DNA of 64,000 bases, from positions 7,002 to 71,001 of the forward strand of contig CAZEWK010000010.1 in the NCBI GenBank assembly GCA_964515905.1, read 5' to 3'. The position numbers and the translations under genes were made by a program. Below, in pieces: positions 19,844 through 30,875 of the stretch. Below the pieces are notes generated by a model. That model was not told where the DNA came from, ran no database searches, and saw only the letters and a list, made by a program, of their open reading frames with translations. Origin of the DNA: an uncultured Rhodospirillaceae bacterium. GTDB lineage: Bacteria > Pseudomonadota > Alphaproteobacteria > UBA7887. Position 1 is the stretch's first letter. Each line of letters starts with the position of its first letter.

Positions 19844-20593
19844 ATGCGAGAAAAAGTGTCTGAGATCAGAACAAACGATGGAGTCGTTGATACGTTTATT
19901 TGTCATCCAGATGAAGGCGGGCCATTCCCACCGATTATCATTTATATGGATGCTCCTGGAATGCGAGAAGAACTGCGTGACATGGCCCGAAGACTTGGCA
20001 CCGTTGGTTACTACGTGATGTTGCCAAATTTATACTACCGGACCGGACGCGAAGGCAATTACGGTTATGAACTATCAAAAATAAGGGAGGACAACAATGA
20101 ACGGGAAAAAATGTTCCAGGTAATGCGTTCACTTACGAATGCTCACGTTGTAGCTGACACACAACCACTCATGGATTACGCTCGTAACGATGACTCATCC
20201 TCAGAAGGACCCTTTGGATGTGTCGGTTATTGCATGAGTGGTCAGTTTGTTGTTTCCATTGGAGCAGCATACCCTCGCGATTTTGCTGCCGTAGCATCTT
20301 TTTACGGGGTAGGTATTGTGACGCAGGAGGAAGACTCTCCGCATATAAATGCCCATCGAATCAAAGGCTCCTTATATTTGGCATTTGCTTCTCATGATCA
20401 ATGGGTACCGGAATCCTTGCTCGATTCCTTGCCGGATATTATGACGAAAGCAGGCATAAACTACCGGATCGAAATATACCCAGATACAGAGCATGGATTC
20501 GCATTTCCAGAACGTCCAGTCTACGTAAAATCAGCCGGAGAACGGCATTGGGAACGTTTATTTGCAATGTTTGACAAAGAACTGCGTCAGTAG
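19844..20593 (+). CDS. dienelactone hydrolase-family protein
   Basis: 249 aa. PPIIIYMDAPGMREE...A..LGTVGYYVMLPNLYYR, nucleophile region GYCMSG, C-terminal EHGF. Confidence 0.8.
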   Translation: MREKVSEIRTNDGVVDTFICHPDEGGPFPPIIIYMDAPGMREELRDMARRLGTVGYYVMLPNLYYRTGREGNYGYELSKIREDNNEREKMFQVMRSLTNAHVVADTQPLMDYARNDDSSSEGPFGCVGYCMSGQFVVSIGAAYPRDFAAVASFYGVGIVTQEEDSPHINAHRIKGSLYLAFASHDQWVPESLLDSLPDIMTKAGINYRIEIYPDTEHGFAFPERPVYVKSAGERHWERLFAMFDKELRQ

Positions 20594-20646
20594 TTTAAGA
20601 TATCGACTCCGTTGATACCGATAGGTATCTGCAGGTATAAGGCACT

Positions 20647-23600
20647 ATGTCAAAGAATATGCACCAGCAAGAACTTGGCAAACAGCTAACGCTCGGACTT
20701 CCACGAAAGCATGGATTATATGATCCTGCCTTCGAGAAAGAGGCTTGTGGTGTCGGTTTCATATGCGATATTAAAGGACGCCCAAGCCGAGAAATTATAA
20801 ATCATGCTGAACACATGAATTGTTGCATGGTGCATCGTGGTGGTGTGGGGTATGAAAAAAATACTGGTGACGGAGCAGGAATACTTACTGGCCTTCCTCA
20901 CAAATTCTTAACAAGGATAGCCCGACAAGAACTTAATGTCGATTTGCCAGACCCTGGCAGCTATGGCGCTGGAATCGTATTCCTGCCCAGACAGGAGAAG
21001 GAGCGGCAACGTTGTAAGACAATAATCGAAGAAGAAATAAACGAAGCCGGTCAACAACTTATTGGTTGGCGCTCTGTCCCAATAAATCCGGAAGAAGCTG
21101 AAATTGGGGAAGCAGCCCGATCCGCCATGCCTTGTATTGAGCAATTATTTATAAAGGCAAATGGGATACAAGGTGATAACTTTGAGCGGGAACTGTACAT
21201 AATACGAAAGCATAGCACTCACCGAATTCGAAGCGATGAAACCCTAACGGAGCGCCAATTATTTTACGTGGTAAGCCTTTCTACGAGAATCATCATTTAC
21301 AAAGGCATGCTGACACCTCAACAGGTGTTTCCATTTTACTCAGACCTGGCCTCAAAAGACTATGAGTCTCACCTCGCAATGGTGCATTCCCGTTTTTCGA
21401 CCAATACCTTTCCGTCTTGGGATCGAGCCCAGCCTAATCGCTTTATGAGCCATAACGGAGAAATAAATACGCTATTAGGTAATAAAAACTGGATGAACGC
21501 TCGTCAAGGCACCATGGACAGTGAATTTTTTGGGAGTCGGATCGATAAGTTGTTCCCAGTTGTGGAACCGGACTGCTCTGACTCGGGTACTTTTGACAAC
21601 GTTCTTGAATTTTTACTTATGTCTGGCAGAACTTTGCAAGAAGCTGTCTTAATGATGATCCCTGAAGCTTGGCAACAGGATAACATGATGGACCCCGCAA
21701 AACGGGCATTCTACGAGTACCAATCCTGTTTGATGGAACCTTGGGACGGTCCTGCTTCGATAGCTTTTACCGATGGTAATTACATCGGCGCTGTTTTGGA
21801 TCGAAATGGCCTGCGACCGTCTCGCTACTATATAACAAATGATCATAAATGTATTATGGCGTCGGAAGTTGGGGTGGTAGATATTGACCCATCAACAGTT
21901 GTTGAAAAGGGCCGCTTGCAGCCTGGAAAAATCTTTCTCATTGATTTTGACAAAGGTCGAATGATCCCGGATGAAGAGATCAAAGCACAATGGGCCAATA
22001 GAGAGCCTTACCAAAATTGGCTCAGTGAACAGCGCATCGATTTAGTCAGCTTACCTCCTAGTGTCTCCAACCAAAGGTTAGATAAAGGCGTTATCCTCAC
22101 CCAAATGCAGGCTTTTGGTTACACAACTGAAACCATGCAATTCATGTTACAACCCCTGGTGAAAGAACTTCGTGATCCATTGGGGTCTATGGGCAATGAC
22201 AGCGCCCTTGCTGTCATGTCACAAAAAACGCGTATGTTGTACGATTACTTTAAGCAGTTATTTGCACAAGTAACAAATCCCGCTATCGACTCAATTCGGG
22301 AAGAGGTAATTATGGCCCTGGAATGCTACATAGGGCCCGAACATAACCTCCTTCAACCATCTCAAAAAAATGCCCATCGCCTGCGAGTACCACATCCAAT
22401 TCTTACTAATGACTCATTAGCGGCCCTTAAGAATATGGATTACAGAGGTTGGAAATCCTGTTTAATTGACATCACTTTTCCCAAAGGTTCGGGTAAAGCC
22501 GGCCTTCTTTGCGAACTAGACCGGATATGCGCTGAGGCGACCAACGCAATTGCTGACGGTATTCAGATAATTATTTTAAGTGACCGAGAAATCGGACCAG
22601 AATCAGTTCCGATTAGCGCGCTAGCGGCCGTTGGTGCAGTTCACCATCATCTGGTTCGGTCCCATCTTCGCACTCGAGTAGGCATAGTAGTTGAAACCGG
22701 TGAAGCAAGAGAAGTTCATCACCACTGCCTCCTGATAGGTTTTGGCGCAGATGCTATCAATCCATATTTGGCATTTGAAGCTTTATGGGATGCTTTGGCG
22801 AATGGGTACCTAGATGGGACCGCACACATAGAGACAGAGCTGGATGTCGTGACCTCTTATCAAAAGGGTGTCGCCAAAGGAATGCTAAAGGTCATGGCTA
22901 AAATGGGCATTTCAACGCTGCAATCATATAAAGGAGCACAAATTTTTGAAGCTGTCGGACTAGCAACAGAAGTGATTGAGAGATGTTTCACAGGAACGGC
23001 AAGCCGAGTAGAAGGAGTAGGTTTTGACGTACTTGCAGAAGAGATGGAAAAACGGCATGCCCTTGGATTTCCTCATCGAGACACAATCGCAATACCAGTG
23101 CTCCAGAATCCTGGCGATTTTCATTGGCGGCGCCACGGTGATACACATATGTGGGACCCAAAATCCATTTCACATTTACAAATGGCGACTCGCAACAACG
23201 ATAAAGTTGCTTACGAGCAGTTTTCAAACCACGCTAATAACGAAAGCACCCAAAATGCCACCCTTAGGGGGTTGTTCCGTTTTAACTATCAAGTGAATGG
23301 TGGTCCAATTCATTTGGCTTCCGTAGAGCCAGAAGCAGAAATTCTTAAACGTTTTGCGACGGGGGCCATGAGCTTTGGTTCAATTTCGAAAGAGGCACAC
23401 GAGTCACTCGCAATCGCCATGAATCGTATAGGAGGAAAATCTAACACCGGTGAGGGTGGTGAAGACCCTAAACGATATCTACCCCTTGAAAACGGTGATT
23501 CCAAACGATCTGCCATCAAACAAGTAGCGAGCGGTCGTTTCGGGGTTACAATTAACTACTTAACAAACGCTGATGAGTTGCAAATCAAGATTGTGCAAGG

Positions 23601-25248
23601 AGCAAAGCCTGGCGAAGGAGGTGAACTGCCTGGCGGCAAAGTGGATGACTATATTGCTTCTCTTCGACACTCCACCCCAGGAGTGGGGCTTATTAGCCCG
23701 CCCCCACACCATGACATATACTCGATAGAAGACATTGCCCAACTAATTCATGATCTAAAAAATGCTAATCCAAAAGCCCGAATAAGCGTAAAACTGGGAG
23801 CGGCAATAGGTGTAGGCACAGTAGCTGCAGGAGTTGTGAAGGCCCGCACTGATCATCTCGTGATTGCGGGGGACTCCGGGGGCACTGGAGCATCACCTTT
23901 GACTTCCATAAAACATGCCGGTGTCCCATGGGAACTCGGAATAGCCGAGACACACCAAACCTTGGTGATGAATAATCTCCGATCTCGAGTCACTTTGCAG
24001 ACGGACGGCCAGCTTAAAACTGGCAGAGATGTGGCAATTGCCGCGTTACTAGGAGCAGAAGAATATAGCTTCGGGACGGGGCCGCTTATTGCGCTTGGAT
24101 GTATAATGATGAGAAAATGCCACCTAAATACATGTCCAGTGGGGATTGCGACCCAAGATCCCGGGCTACGGAAAAAATTCCAAGGCCTGCCAGAACACGT
24201 TATAAACTATTTTTTCATGATGGCCTCGGAACTTAGGCAGATTATGGCCGAGCTTGGTTTCCGTACCGTCGACGATATGATTGGCAGAACCGATGCCTTA
24301 CACGTTGAAAAGGCAGTAAACCATTGGAAGGCCAAGGGCATTGATCTGTCGGCTGTATTAGAAAAAGCGATCGAGCCAGAAAATTGTCTTGGTGTTTATC
24401 GCATACATGATCAAGATCATGGACTTGAGGAAGCCTTGGACAACCAACTTATCAAACTCGCTGAACCAGCCTTAGCCAGTGGCAGTCGGGTGAGAGAGGA
24501 ACTTTCTATTAAGAACACCCATCGGGTAGTTGGTGGCATGCTGTCCAACCAAATAATCCAGCGGGTTGGAGCCGAAATGCTACCCGATGACACGATCCAC
24601 TTTAAGTTTAATGGGAATGCCGGCCAAAGCTTTGGAGCTTGGCTAGCCAAAGGTATTACACTTGAAGTTGAAGGTGATGCAAATGACTACGTGGGCAAAG
24701 GTCTTTCTGGAGGACGTCTTATCATTTACCCTCCAAAAACCAGCATATTTGACGCAGAGACTCAAGTCTTAATCGGAAACGTAGCATTATACGGTGCGAC
24801 TTCGGGAGAATGTTTTTTCCGTGGGATTGCAGCAGAACGATTTTGTGTCCGTAACAGTGGTGCACGAACAGTTATCGAAGGAGTAGGGGATCACTGTTGC
24901 GAATACATGACTGGAGGCCGGGTTGTTATTCTTGGAAACACCGGTCGAAATTTTGCTGCTGGAATGAGCGGTGGAATTGCATACGTCTATGACCAAGAAA
25001 AAACGTTCAAAAAACGGTGTAACCCTGAGATGGTTTTGCTAGAACAGGTTGTAGACAGAGGTGATATTCTAGAACTAAGAGAACTTATCGAAAAACATCA
25101 GCAATATACGGGCTCTAAAATCGCTGAACGTTTGTTGACGAATTGGAATGTCACACTCACACAGTTCGTTAAAGTAATGCCCCTTGACTACAAGCGAGTG
25201 CTCGAAGAACAAAAGAAAACTGAACTGGTGGAAGCTGGCAGTGGGTAA
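20647..25248 (+). CDS. gltB: glutamate synthase large subunit
   Basis: 1533 aa. Ntn amidotransferase Cys (EACGVGFI), FMN/3Fe-4S central domains, C-terminal GXGXG beta-helix domain. Confidence 0.97.
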   Translation: MSKNMHQQELGKQLTLGLPRKHGLYDPAFEKEACGVGFICDIKGRPSREIINHAEHMNCCMVHRGGVGYEKNTGDGAGILTGLPHKFLTRIARQELNVDLPDPGSYGAGIVFLPRQEKERQRCKTIIEEEINEAGQQLIGWRSVPINPEEAEIGEAARSAMPCIEQLFIKANGIQGDNFERELYIIRKHSTHRIRSDETLTERQLFYVVSLSTRIIIYKGMLTPQQVFPFYSDLASKDYESHLAMVHSRFSTNTFPSWDRAQPNRFMSHNGEINTLLGNKNWMNARQGTMDSEFFGSRIDKLFPVVEPDCSDSGTFDNVLEFLLMSGRTLQEAVLMMIPEAWQQDNMMDPAKRAFYEYQSCLMEPWDGPASIAFTDGNYIGAVLDRNGLRPSRYYITNDHKCIMASEVGVVDIDPSTVVEKGRLQPGKIFLIDFDKGRMIPDEEIKAQWANREPYQNWLSEQRIDLVSLPPSVSNQRLDKGVILTQMQAFGYTTETMQFMLQPLVKELRDPLGSMGNDSALAVMSQKTRMLYDYFKQLFAQVTNPAIDSIREEVIMALECYIGPEHNLLQPSQKNAHRLRVPHPILTNDSLAALKNMDYRGWKSCLIDITFPKGSGKAGLLCELDRICAEATNAIADGIQIIILSDREIGPESVPISALAAVGAVHHHLVRSHLRTRVGIVVETGEAREVHHHCLLIGFGADAINPYLAFEALWDALANGYLDGTAHIETELDVVTSYQKGVAKGMLKVMAKMGISTLQSYKGAQIFEAVGLATEVIERCFTGTASRVEGVGFDVLAEEMEKRHALGFPHRDTIAIPVLQNPGDFHWRRHGDTHMWDPKSISHLQMATRNNDKVAYEQFSNHANNESTQNATLRGLFRFNYQVNGGPIHLASVEPEAEILKRFATGAMSFGSISKEAHESLAIAMNRIGGKSNTGEGGEDPKRYLPLENGDSKRSAIKQVASGRFGVTINYLTNADELQIKIVQGAKPGEGGELPGGKVDDYIASLRHSTPGVGLISPPPHHDIYSIEDIAQLIHDLKNANPKARISVKLGAAIGVGTVAAGVVKARTDHLVIAGDSGGTGASPLTSIKHAGVPWELGIAETHQTLVMNNLRSRVTLQTDGQLKTGRDVAIAALLGAEEYSFGTGPLIALGCIMMRKCHLNTCPVGIATQDPGLRKKFQGLPEHVINYFFMMASELRQIMAELGFRTVDDMIGRTDALHVEKAVNHWKAKGIDLSAVLEKAIEPENCLGVYRIHDQDHGLEEALDNQLIKLAEPALASGSRVREELSIKNTHRVVGGMLSNQIIQRVGAEMLPDDTIHFKFNGNAGQSFGAWLAKGITLEVEGDANDYVGKGLSGGRLIIYPPKTSIFDAETQVLIGNVALYGATSGECFFRGIAAERFCVRNSGARTVIEGVGDHCCEYMTGGRVVILGNTGRNFAAGMSGGIAYVYDQEKTFKKRCNPEMVLLEQVVDRGDILELRELIEKHQQYTGSKIAERLLTNWNVTLTQFVKVMPLDYKRVLEEQKKTELVEAGSG

Positions 25249-26728
25249 AGTAACCGGATTTAAGGAGCACTCTCGTGTAGCAGCCCCGTACCGTGATCCC
25301 TTGGAACGCCTTGGGGACTTTCAAGAAATTTATACAGAACATGAAATAGATCATTTAACGATCCAGGCTGCACGATGCATGGACTGTGGTGTTCCGTTTT
25401 GCCAATCCCCAGATATAAACCCACTGAACGCACGTAGTGGCTGCCCCATTCATAATCTAATTCCAGAATGGAACGACCTTGTCTACACGGGACAGTGGAA
25501 AGATGCGTTAGATCGCCTGCACAAAACTAACAATTTTCCTGAATTCACCGGCCGTGTATGCCCTGCTCCGTGTGAGGGCTCGTGTGTCCTAGGCATCACC
25601 GATCCAGCGGTCACAATTAAGAATATCGAAATGGCAATAATCGATCGTGGCTTTGCGGAAGGGTGGGTCCAACCAATTCCTCCCCAATCAAGAACCGGCA
25701 AGCATGTCGCAATCATCGGTTCTGGGCCTACAGGTCTTGCAGCGGCGGCGCAGCTCAATTCTGCCGGCCACCAAGTGACCGTATATGAGCGAGAAGACCG
25801 CATTGGTGGTCTTCTGATGTACGGGATACCCAATATGAAACTAGATAAGAAAAAAGTAGTTGATCGGCGAGTCGAACTACTAAGACAGGAAGGAATAGAG
25901 TTTGTCACTAATGCCGATGTTGGTGAAGGGGACAATGGTACGCACTCAGTAACCGATATTTTGTCAAAAACGGATGCACTCCTCTTAGCAACTGGCGCAA
26001 CAGTTCCTCGAGATTTACAAATTCCTGGAAGAGGATTAAATGGCGTTCACTTCGCTATGGAGTTCCTTACGGCAAATACAAAAAGCCTTCTGAACTCTGA
26101 ACTCAAAGACGGCAACTTCATTAATGCCAAAGGAAAAGATGTGATTGTAATAGGAGGAGGAGATACTGGGACAGATTGCCTAGGTACTTCTTTACGTCAT
26201 GTGTGTAAGAGTCTGATAAATTTTGAACTTTTTCCCACACCACCCGCTGAAAGATCTAAGAAAAATCCGTGGCCCATATGGCCAGTAACATTTCAAATTG
26301 ATTATGGACACGAAGAATCAGCAGCAAGATTCAACAAAGATCCCCGTATTTATTCTATATCCACGACAGAGTTTGTTGGGGATGCTAACGGCACTCTTAA
26401 AGGCCTCAAAACCACGGATATGGCATTTAAAAATGGAAAATTAGAATCGATTGAGGGAACCGATCGGACCTGGGACGCTGATCTAGTATTTCTGTCTATG
26501 GGTTTTTTGGGCCCGGATCATTATATTTCTCGGCCCCTCAACCTTGAGTTGGACGATCGGTCTAATTACAAAGCTGAAAAAGGTATCTATCAGACCTCGG
26601 TCCACAAAACTTTTGCAGCGGGGGATTGTCGTAGCGGCCAATCACTTATTGTTCGAGCCATAAATGAGGGACGCGAAGCAGCTCGAGAAATTGATCGCTT
26701 TCTGACAGGGAGTACAGAACTGCCATAG
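25241..26728 (+). CDS. gltD: glutamate synthase small subunit (NADPH)
   Basis: The homologous N-terminus starts at [10 protein letters not shown], giving a GTG at 25241 that overlaps the gltB stop by 8 nt. The ORF-track Met at 25184 lies inside gltB. Fe-S Cys clusters (CMDCGVPFC; CPAPCEGSC) and dinucleotide fold [10 protein letters not shown]. Confidence 0.9.
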   Translation: MGKVTGFKEHSRVAAPYRDPLERLGDFQEIYTEHEIDHLTIQAARCMDCGVPFCQSPDINPLNARSGCPIHNLIPEWNDLVYTGQWKDALDRLHKTNNFPEFTGRVCPAPCEGSCVLGITDPAVTIKNIEMAIIDRGFAEGWVQPIPPQSRTGKHVAIIGSGPTGLAAAAQLNSAGHQVTVYEREDRIGGLLMYGIPNMKLDKKKVVDRRVELLRQEGIEFVTNADVGEGDNGTHSVTDILSKTDALLLATGATVPRDLQIPGRGLNGVHFAMEFLTANTKSLLNSELKDGNFINAKGKDVIVIGGGDTGTDCLGTSLRHVCKSLINFELFPTPPAERSKKNPWPIWPVTFQIDYGHEESAARFNKDPRIYSISTTEFVGDANGTLKGLKTTDMAFKNGKLESIEGTDRTWDADLVFLSMGFLGPDHYISRPLNLELDDRSNYKAEKGIYQTSVHKTFAAGDCRSGQSLIVRAINEGREAAREIDRFLTGSTELP

Positions 26729-26794
26729 TAGATATATTGATCCCCCGATTGCTGTCATGTAAACGCGGAATTGTCCCTTAAATAGATTAACGTA

Positions 26795-26881
26795 TGGTGC
26801 CCCCAGGGAGACTCGAACTCCCACGTCCCGAAGGACAACAGATTTTGAGTCTGCCGCGTCTACCAATTCCGCCACAGGGGC
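26795..26881 (-). tRNA. tRNA-Leu (anticodon CAA), type II with long variable arm, encoded CCA end
   Basis: The reverse complement reads GCCCCTGTGGCGGAATTGGTAGACGCGGCAGACTCAAAATCTGTTGTCCTTCGGGACGTGGGAGTTCGAGTCTCCCTGGGGGCACCA. Acceptor stem, D-arm, anticodon loop CTCAAAA, long variable stem-loop and T-arm GGGAG/TTCGAGT/CTCCC all fold by eye. Confidence 0.93.
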
Positions 26882-27140
26882 TCTAACCATTTTACCAGCC
26901 ATATCTTTACACCGCCGCAAAAGTCATTATAGACAGTCTTACTTAGTCCAAAAACCTTTTGCCGCTTTGACTAAAAACTGTTTCCGATAAAATAACAAAA
27001 GACATAAAAGCAGAACCACTTTCCGACTTCAATCAACTTTGTGATGGCCATTGTCAAAATCAAATTGAGTTAGTAACAAACGATGAAATTTACCTACAAA
27101 AACACTGTATGTAGCAAACAAAACACGTGAGACAACAAAA

Positions 27141-27767
27141 TTGAACCCACCACCAAAAAAGGATCAGATTTTATCAGTGTCCGGTCCATTGGAGCGTCTC
27201 TATTCACGTATAATGTCTTTGTCTGGACATCGCCATGCTATGAAGGTGCTGGCTGGTGTCTCATTTGTGGAGAGCTCACTGTTTCCGATTCCTCCCGACG
27301 CAATGATGGTACCCATGGTATTGTCAAAACCTCGAAACGCTTTTTGGATAGCTACCGTTTGTACTGTAGCCTCTGTTCTGGGTGGACTTTTAGGGTATTT
27401 TATAGGGTACGGGCTCTGGGAGAGTATCGGACGACCATTGGTAAACTTATACGGTTATGCCGAAAATATGTCTGAATTCTCCGCCAAATACAATGAGTGG
27501 GGGGCGTGGATAGTGTTTACGGCAGGCATAACACCATTTCCATACAAGGTAATAACTATCGCAAGCGGGTTAACCAGACTTGACCTTCTTATTTTTGTAG
27601 CGGCATCCATTTTATCTCGTGGCCTTCGCTTTTTTCTTATCGCTGCTCTTCTTTATCGATTTGGAGACCCAATACGAATTTTTATTGAAAAAAATCTGGC
27701 TAAATTTACAATTTTATTTGTAGTGTCACTTTTTCTCGGTTTCGCACTTGTCAAATGGCTAATTTAA
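27141..27767 (+). CDS. YqaA/DedA-like (VTT-domain) inner-membrane protein
   Basis: Motif FVESSLFPIPPD, followed by four hydrophobic helices. TTG start in the ORF track; an internal Met (MSLSG...) is an alternative start. Confidence 0.7.
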   Translation: MNPPPKKDQILSVSGPLERLYSRIMSLSGHRHAMKVLAGVSFVESSLFPIPPDAMMVPMVLSKPRNAFWIATVCTVASVLGGLLGYFIGYGLWESIGRPLVNLYGYAENMSEFSAKYNEWGAWIVFTAGITPFPYKVITIASGLTRLDLLIFVAASILSRGLRFFLIAALLYRFGDPIRIFIEKNLAKFTILFVVSLFLGFALVKWLI

Positions 27768-28285
27768 CGCGCTATAGTTTCCTTGCTCAACCGAGGCCAA
27801 TATTTGCCCTGTTAGGTATAATAAGTCTGGGTAGTCTCGGTTTCGCATTTTATCTAGAAATGTTCCAAAACCTTGCGCCTTGCGTGCTCTGTCGCTACCA
27901 ACGCATACCATATATAATGGTCGTAATAATAACTATTGTCGGATTCTTGATATCCACCCAACCTCGATACCGAGACAAAATGAGTTTTATCGCAATTTTA
28001 TGTTCTCTCATTTTTTTTATTGGATCACTAATAGCGTTGTTCCATCTCGGCGTAGAATTGAAATGGTGGGAAGGGACCAATAGTTGCGGTGTTACAGGAA
28101 TAGAAGCGAAAAGCACTGAAATGCTAAAGGAAGCGATTTTGAATGCTCCTACTGCCAATTGCAGTGAAGTTTTATGGCAGTTCTTCGGTGTTTCACTCGC
28201 AGGATGGAATTTTATTTGGTCCTCATTCCTAACTGTAATCTTAGGATGGATTGCCACCCTCTGGATAAAAGGACAATCGGCATGA
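27755..28285 (+). CDS. dsbB: disulfide bond formation protein B family
   Basis: Four TM segments. First periplasmic CxxC with a conserved Arg (CVLCRYQRIPY) and a second Cys pair in loop 2 (C...C in NSCGV...ANCSE). 13-nt overlap with the yqaA-like gene. Confidence 0.8.
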   Translation: MANLTRYSFLAQPRPIFALLGIISLGSLGFAFYLEMFQNLAPCVLCRYQRIPYIMVVIITIVGFLISTQPRYRDKMSFIAILCSLIFFIGSLIALFHLGVELKWWEGTNSCGVTGIEAKSTEMLKEAILNAPTANCSEVLWQFFGVSLAGWNFIWSSFLTVILGWIATLWIKGQSA

Positions 28286-28854
28286 TTGACCAGAAAAAAA
28301 ACAATGAACGACTAAATCCGGAGCGCCTTCCCGGAGATCCAACAGTAACTCAACTTGTCGAACGCATGATACGCGTAGATCACGCCGGAGAGTTCGGTGC
28401 AGCAAGAATATATGAAGGTCAGCTAGCGGTGCTCAAAAACCATCCAAGCGCACAGTTGATTCAGCATATGGCTGAGAAGGAACGAAAACACTTAGACCAT
28501 TTCGAAGAGCTTATTGTCGAACGGGGTATCCGCCCTACTGTTTTAAGCCCGGTATGGCATTTATCCGGTTTTATACTTGGAGCTGCGAGTGCTGCTTTAG
28601 GCAAAGATGCGGCGATGGCATGCACAGAAGCCGTCGAAACAGTCATTGACAAACACTACGAAAAACAAATCAACCAATTAGGGCCGGACGAGCAAGATTT
28701 AAAGGAAGCACTTCAAGAATTCCGTAGGGATGAGATAGATCACCGAGATTCGGCAATCGAATCAGGCGCCAAAAATGCCCCTGGATATCAAACGCTTGGT
28801 GCTACTGTTCGCGCCAGCACTCGGCTCGCAATTTGGCTGTCCGAGCGGCTATAG
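28282..28854 (+). CDS. coq7: demethoxyubiquinone hydroxylase Coq7 (di-iron carboxylate)
   Basis: RVDHAGEFGAARIYEGQ, two E..H motifs (EKERKHL; RRDEIDH). The ATG at 28282 overlaps the dsbB stop (ATGA). The ORF-track upstream extension lies inside dsbB. Confidence 0.88.
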   Translation: MIDQKKNNERLNPERLPGDPTVTQLVERMIRVDHAGEFGAARIYEGQLAVLKNHPSAQLIQHMAEKERKHLDHFEELIVERGIRPTVLSPVWHLSGFILGAASAALGKDAAMACTEAVETVIDKHYEKQINQLGPDEQDLKEALQEFRRDEIDHRDSAIESGAKNAPGYQTLGATVRASTRLAIWLSERL

Positions 28855-28884
28855 GTGGTTTTTAAATTTGTATTAGTTCTGTTT

Positions 28885-29445
28885 TTATACGATTTCGAGC
28901 TCACTATCCCAATATAGAAAATCCGACCAGCTTTCGTGCAAATAGTTAGGCGGATATCGACGTCCTACTTTTTGTAGTTCTTGGACAGTGGGGACATGCG
29001 GCATATGGGCCAAGTGCATGCCAGCTTCATTAACCAGTGAATTCCCTTTCTGCAAATTGCAGACGGCACACGCAGTGATTACATTGGTCCAATTAGTTAA
29101 TCCACCACGAGATTTTGGTAGCACGTGATCAAACGTGAGGTCATATGTGTCAAAACCATCTCCACAGTATTGACATGTAAATCCATCCCGTAAAAAGACA
29201 TTGAATCGCGTAAAGGCCGGGCGTCTATCAGAGTGAACATACTTTTTGAGGGAAATCACACTGGGTAATCGCATTTGATGGGAGGGAGATCGCACTTCTT
29301 GCTCATACTCAGCGACGATATTAACGCGATTGAGGAATACAGCCTTCACAGTTTCGTGCCAGGACCATAATGATAATGGGAAGTAGCTCAAAGGCCGGTA
29401 ATCCGAATTTAACACCAGTGCTGGACAGATATTTAGCTGCATCAT
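28885..29445 (-). CDS. HNH endonuclease-family protein (small, stand-alone)
   Basis: CQYCG ... FDHVLPKSRGG..WTNV.TACAVCNLQKG (HNH/zinc-finger core). Confidence 0.8.
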   Translation of the reverse strand: MMQLNICPALVLNSDYRPLSYFPLSLWSWHETVKAVFLNRVNIVAEYEQEVRSPSHQMRLPSVISLKKYVHSDRRPAFTRFNVFLRDGFTCQYCGDGFDTYDLTFDHVLPKSRGGLTNWTNVITACAVCNLQKGNSLVNEAGMHLAHMPHVPTVQELQKVGRRYPPNYLHESWSDFLYWDSELEIV

Positions 29446-29651
29446 CCATCCCTTCCCTTATTTGGCGGTATCAGCCAGAAGCTATGTTTGCTTCAAACAT
29501 TTATATTAGTTTAGAAATATTTTATTTCCAATTGATTGAGGCTAGCCTAACCAGCTAAAAATATTTCATCAATAAAAAGAAGCTATAGATAGCACTTTGG
29601 TTTATTGGTCCGTATTGTCTTTTAGAAATAACTAGTTAGAGGTGGCAAACT

Positions 29652-30872
29652 ATGAATGGTCCCTTATCGCATTTGCAAGTGTTAGATCTTAGTCGGGTTC
29701 TTGCTGGGCCGTGGGCTGCACAAAACCTGGCTGACCTTGGTGCAAATGTAATTAAAATCGAACGTCCTGGAGAAGGTGATGACACCCGAAAATGGGGTCC
29801 TCCTTTTCTTAAAGATCGTAACGGACGTGACACTACCGAAACAGCATATAATATATCAGCCAATCGAAATAAACGTTCTGTAACTATCGATCTTTCAAAA
29901 CCTGAAGGTGCGGAACTTGTTCGAAAATTGGCACTTAAATCAGATATTTTGCTAGAAAACTTCCGTGTCGGAGGTGCAGCAAAGTTTGGCCTAGGTTACC
30001 AAGAATTAGCAACCCAAAATTCCGGGTTAATCTATTGTTCTATTACCGGTTTCGGACAGGACGGCCCCTACAGGGACCGCGGAGGATATGACTTCATCAT
30101 CCAAGCCATGGGCGGTTTGATGAGCATTACAGGCGAAACAGACGAAAAAGGTGGCGGGCCACAAAAAGTAGGTCTGGCTGTCTCCGATTTATTTACTGGT
30201 ATGTACGCTAGCGTCGCTATACTAGCCGCTATTGCGCACCGAGAACGAACAGGGGAGGGACAATTCATCGATCTTGCCCTTTTGGACTGTACCACATCGA
30301 TACTTTCAATGATGGCAGCAAACTACTTCATGAGCGGACAGTCTCCTGCACGGATGGGAAATGCCCATCCCAATGTTGCACCCTATAGCCTTTACGAAAC
30401 TGCCGACGGAAGTTTGGTAGTCGCAGTCGGGAACGACCAACAATTTTACAGACTTTGCAAAACTCTGGGCATCCCAAAACTGGCAACCGATCCTTTATTC
30501 AAAAATAATAGGGAAAGGTTAAAGAATCGGCTCCAAATGGATGCAAACCTTTGCCCCGTTATCAAAAAATGGAAATCAAGAGAATTGCAAGATGCACTGA
30601 ATGTAGCTCTAGTACCATGTGGAGCAGTTAACTCTGTTGGCGAAGTTTTCGACGACCCCCACGTAAAACATCGAGGAATAAAAACTATCCTCACACACCC
30701 ACTCTCTGGCACAGTAAGTGTCGCTGGAAGCCCAATTCGATTGTCAAAAACACCCGTCACGTACCGCCACCCCCCACCACTACTTGGCGAACACACAGAC
30801 GAAGTATTAACAGAAGAATTAGGGCTGCAGCCAGGTGACATTGCCAAACTTCGTCACCAGCATATTCTTTAA
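29652..30872 (+). CDS. family III CoA-transferase (CaiB/BaiF type)
   Basis: LQVLDLSRVLAGPWAAQNLADLGANVIKIERP, GYDFIIQAMGGLMSITG, catalytic-Asp region GLAVSDLFTG. Confidence 0.88.
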   Translation: MNGPLSHLQVLDLSRVLAGPWAAQNLADLGANVIKIERPGEGDDTRKWGPPFLKDRNGRDTTETAYNISANRNKRSVTIDLSKPEGAELVRKLALKSDILLENFRVGGAAKFGLGYQELATQNSGLIYCSITGFGQDGPYRDRGGYDFIIQAMGGLMSITGETDEKGGGPQKVGLAVSDLFTGMYASVAILAAIAHRERTGEGQFIDLALLDCTTSILSMMAANYFMSGQSPARMGNAHPNVAPYSLYETADGSLVVAVGNDQQFYRLCKTLGIPKLATDPLFKNNRERLKNRLQMDANLCPVIKKWKSRELQDALNVALVPCGAVNSVGEVFDDPHVKHRGIKTILTHPLSGTVSVAGSPIRLSKTPVTYRHPPPLLGEHTDEVLTEELGLQPGDIAKLRHQHIL

Positions 30873-30875
30873 GTT

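Noticed and set aside
25184-25240. Upstream ATG start for gltD ([19 protein letters not shown]...)
   Set aside because: These 19 codons lie inside the gltB coding frame end and have no counterpart in GltD N-termini. The GTG at 25241 begins exactly at the conserved GK.TGF block.
26642-26920. 92-aa minus-strand ORF in the ORF track
   Set aside because: It is built entirely over tRNA-Leu(CAA) (26795-26881) and its flanks. The translated product has no recognisable features, and the tRNA fold explains the sequence.
26729-27140. tRNA-Leu as a genomic-island integration site
   Set aside because: The tRNA 3' end is only 66 nt from the gltD stop. The other flank is a 260-nt spacer followed by conserved membrane genes. 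I noticed no repeat of the tRNA 3' segment and no integrase.
28174-28281. N-terminal extension of coq7 in the ORF track
   Set aside because: It lies within dsbB in another frame. The ATG at 28282 forms an ATGA junction with the dsbB stop and gives a normal-length Coq7.
28885-29445. HNH endonuclease as part of a defence or homing system
   Set aside because: It is a solitary 186-aa HNH protein with no partner (no methylase, ATPase, intein or intron context), wedged between coq7 and a CoA-transferase. There is no sequence evidence for a system.
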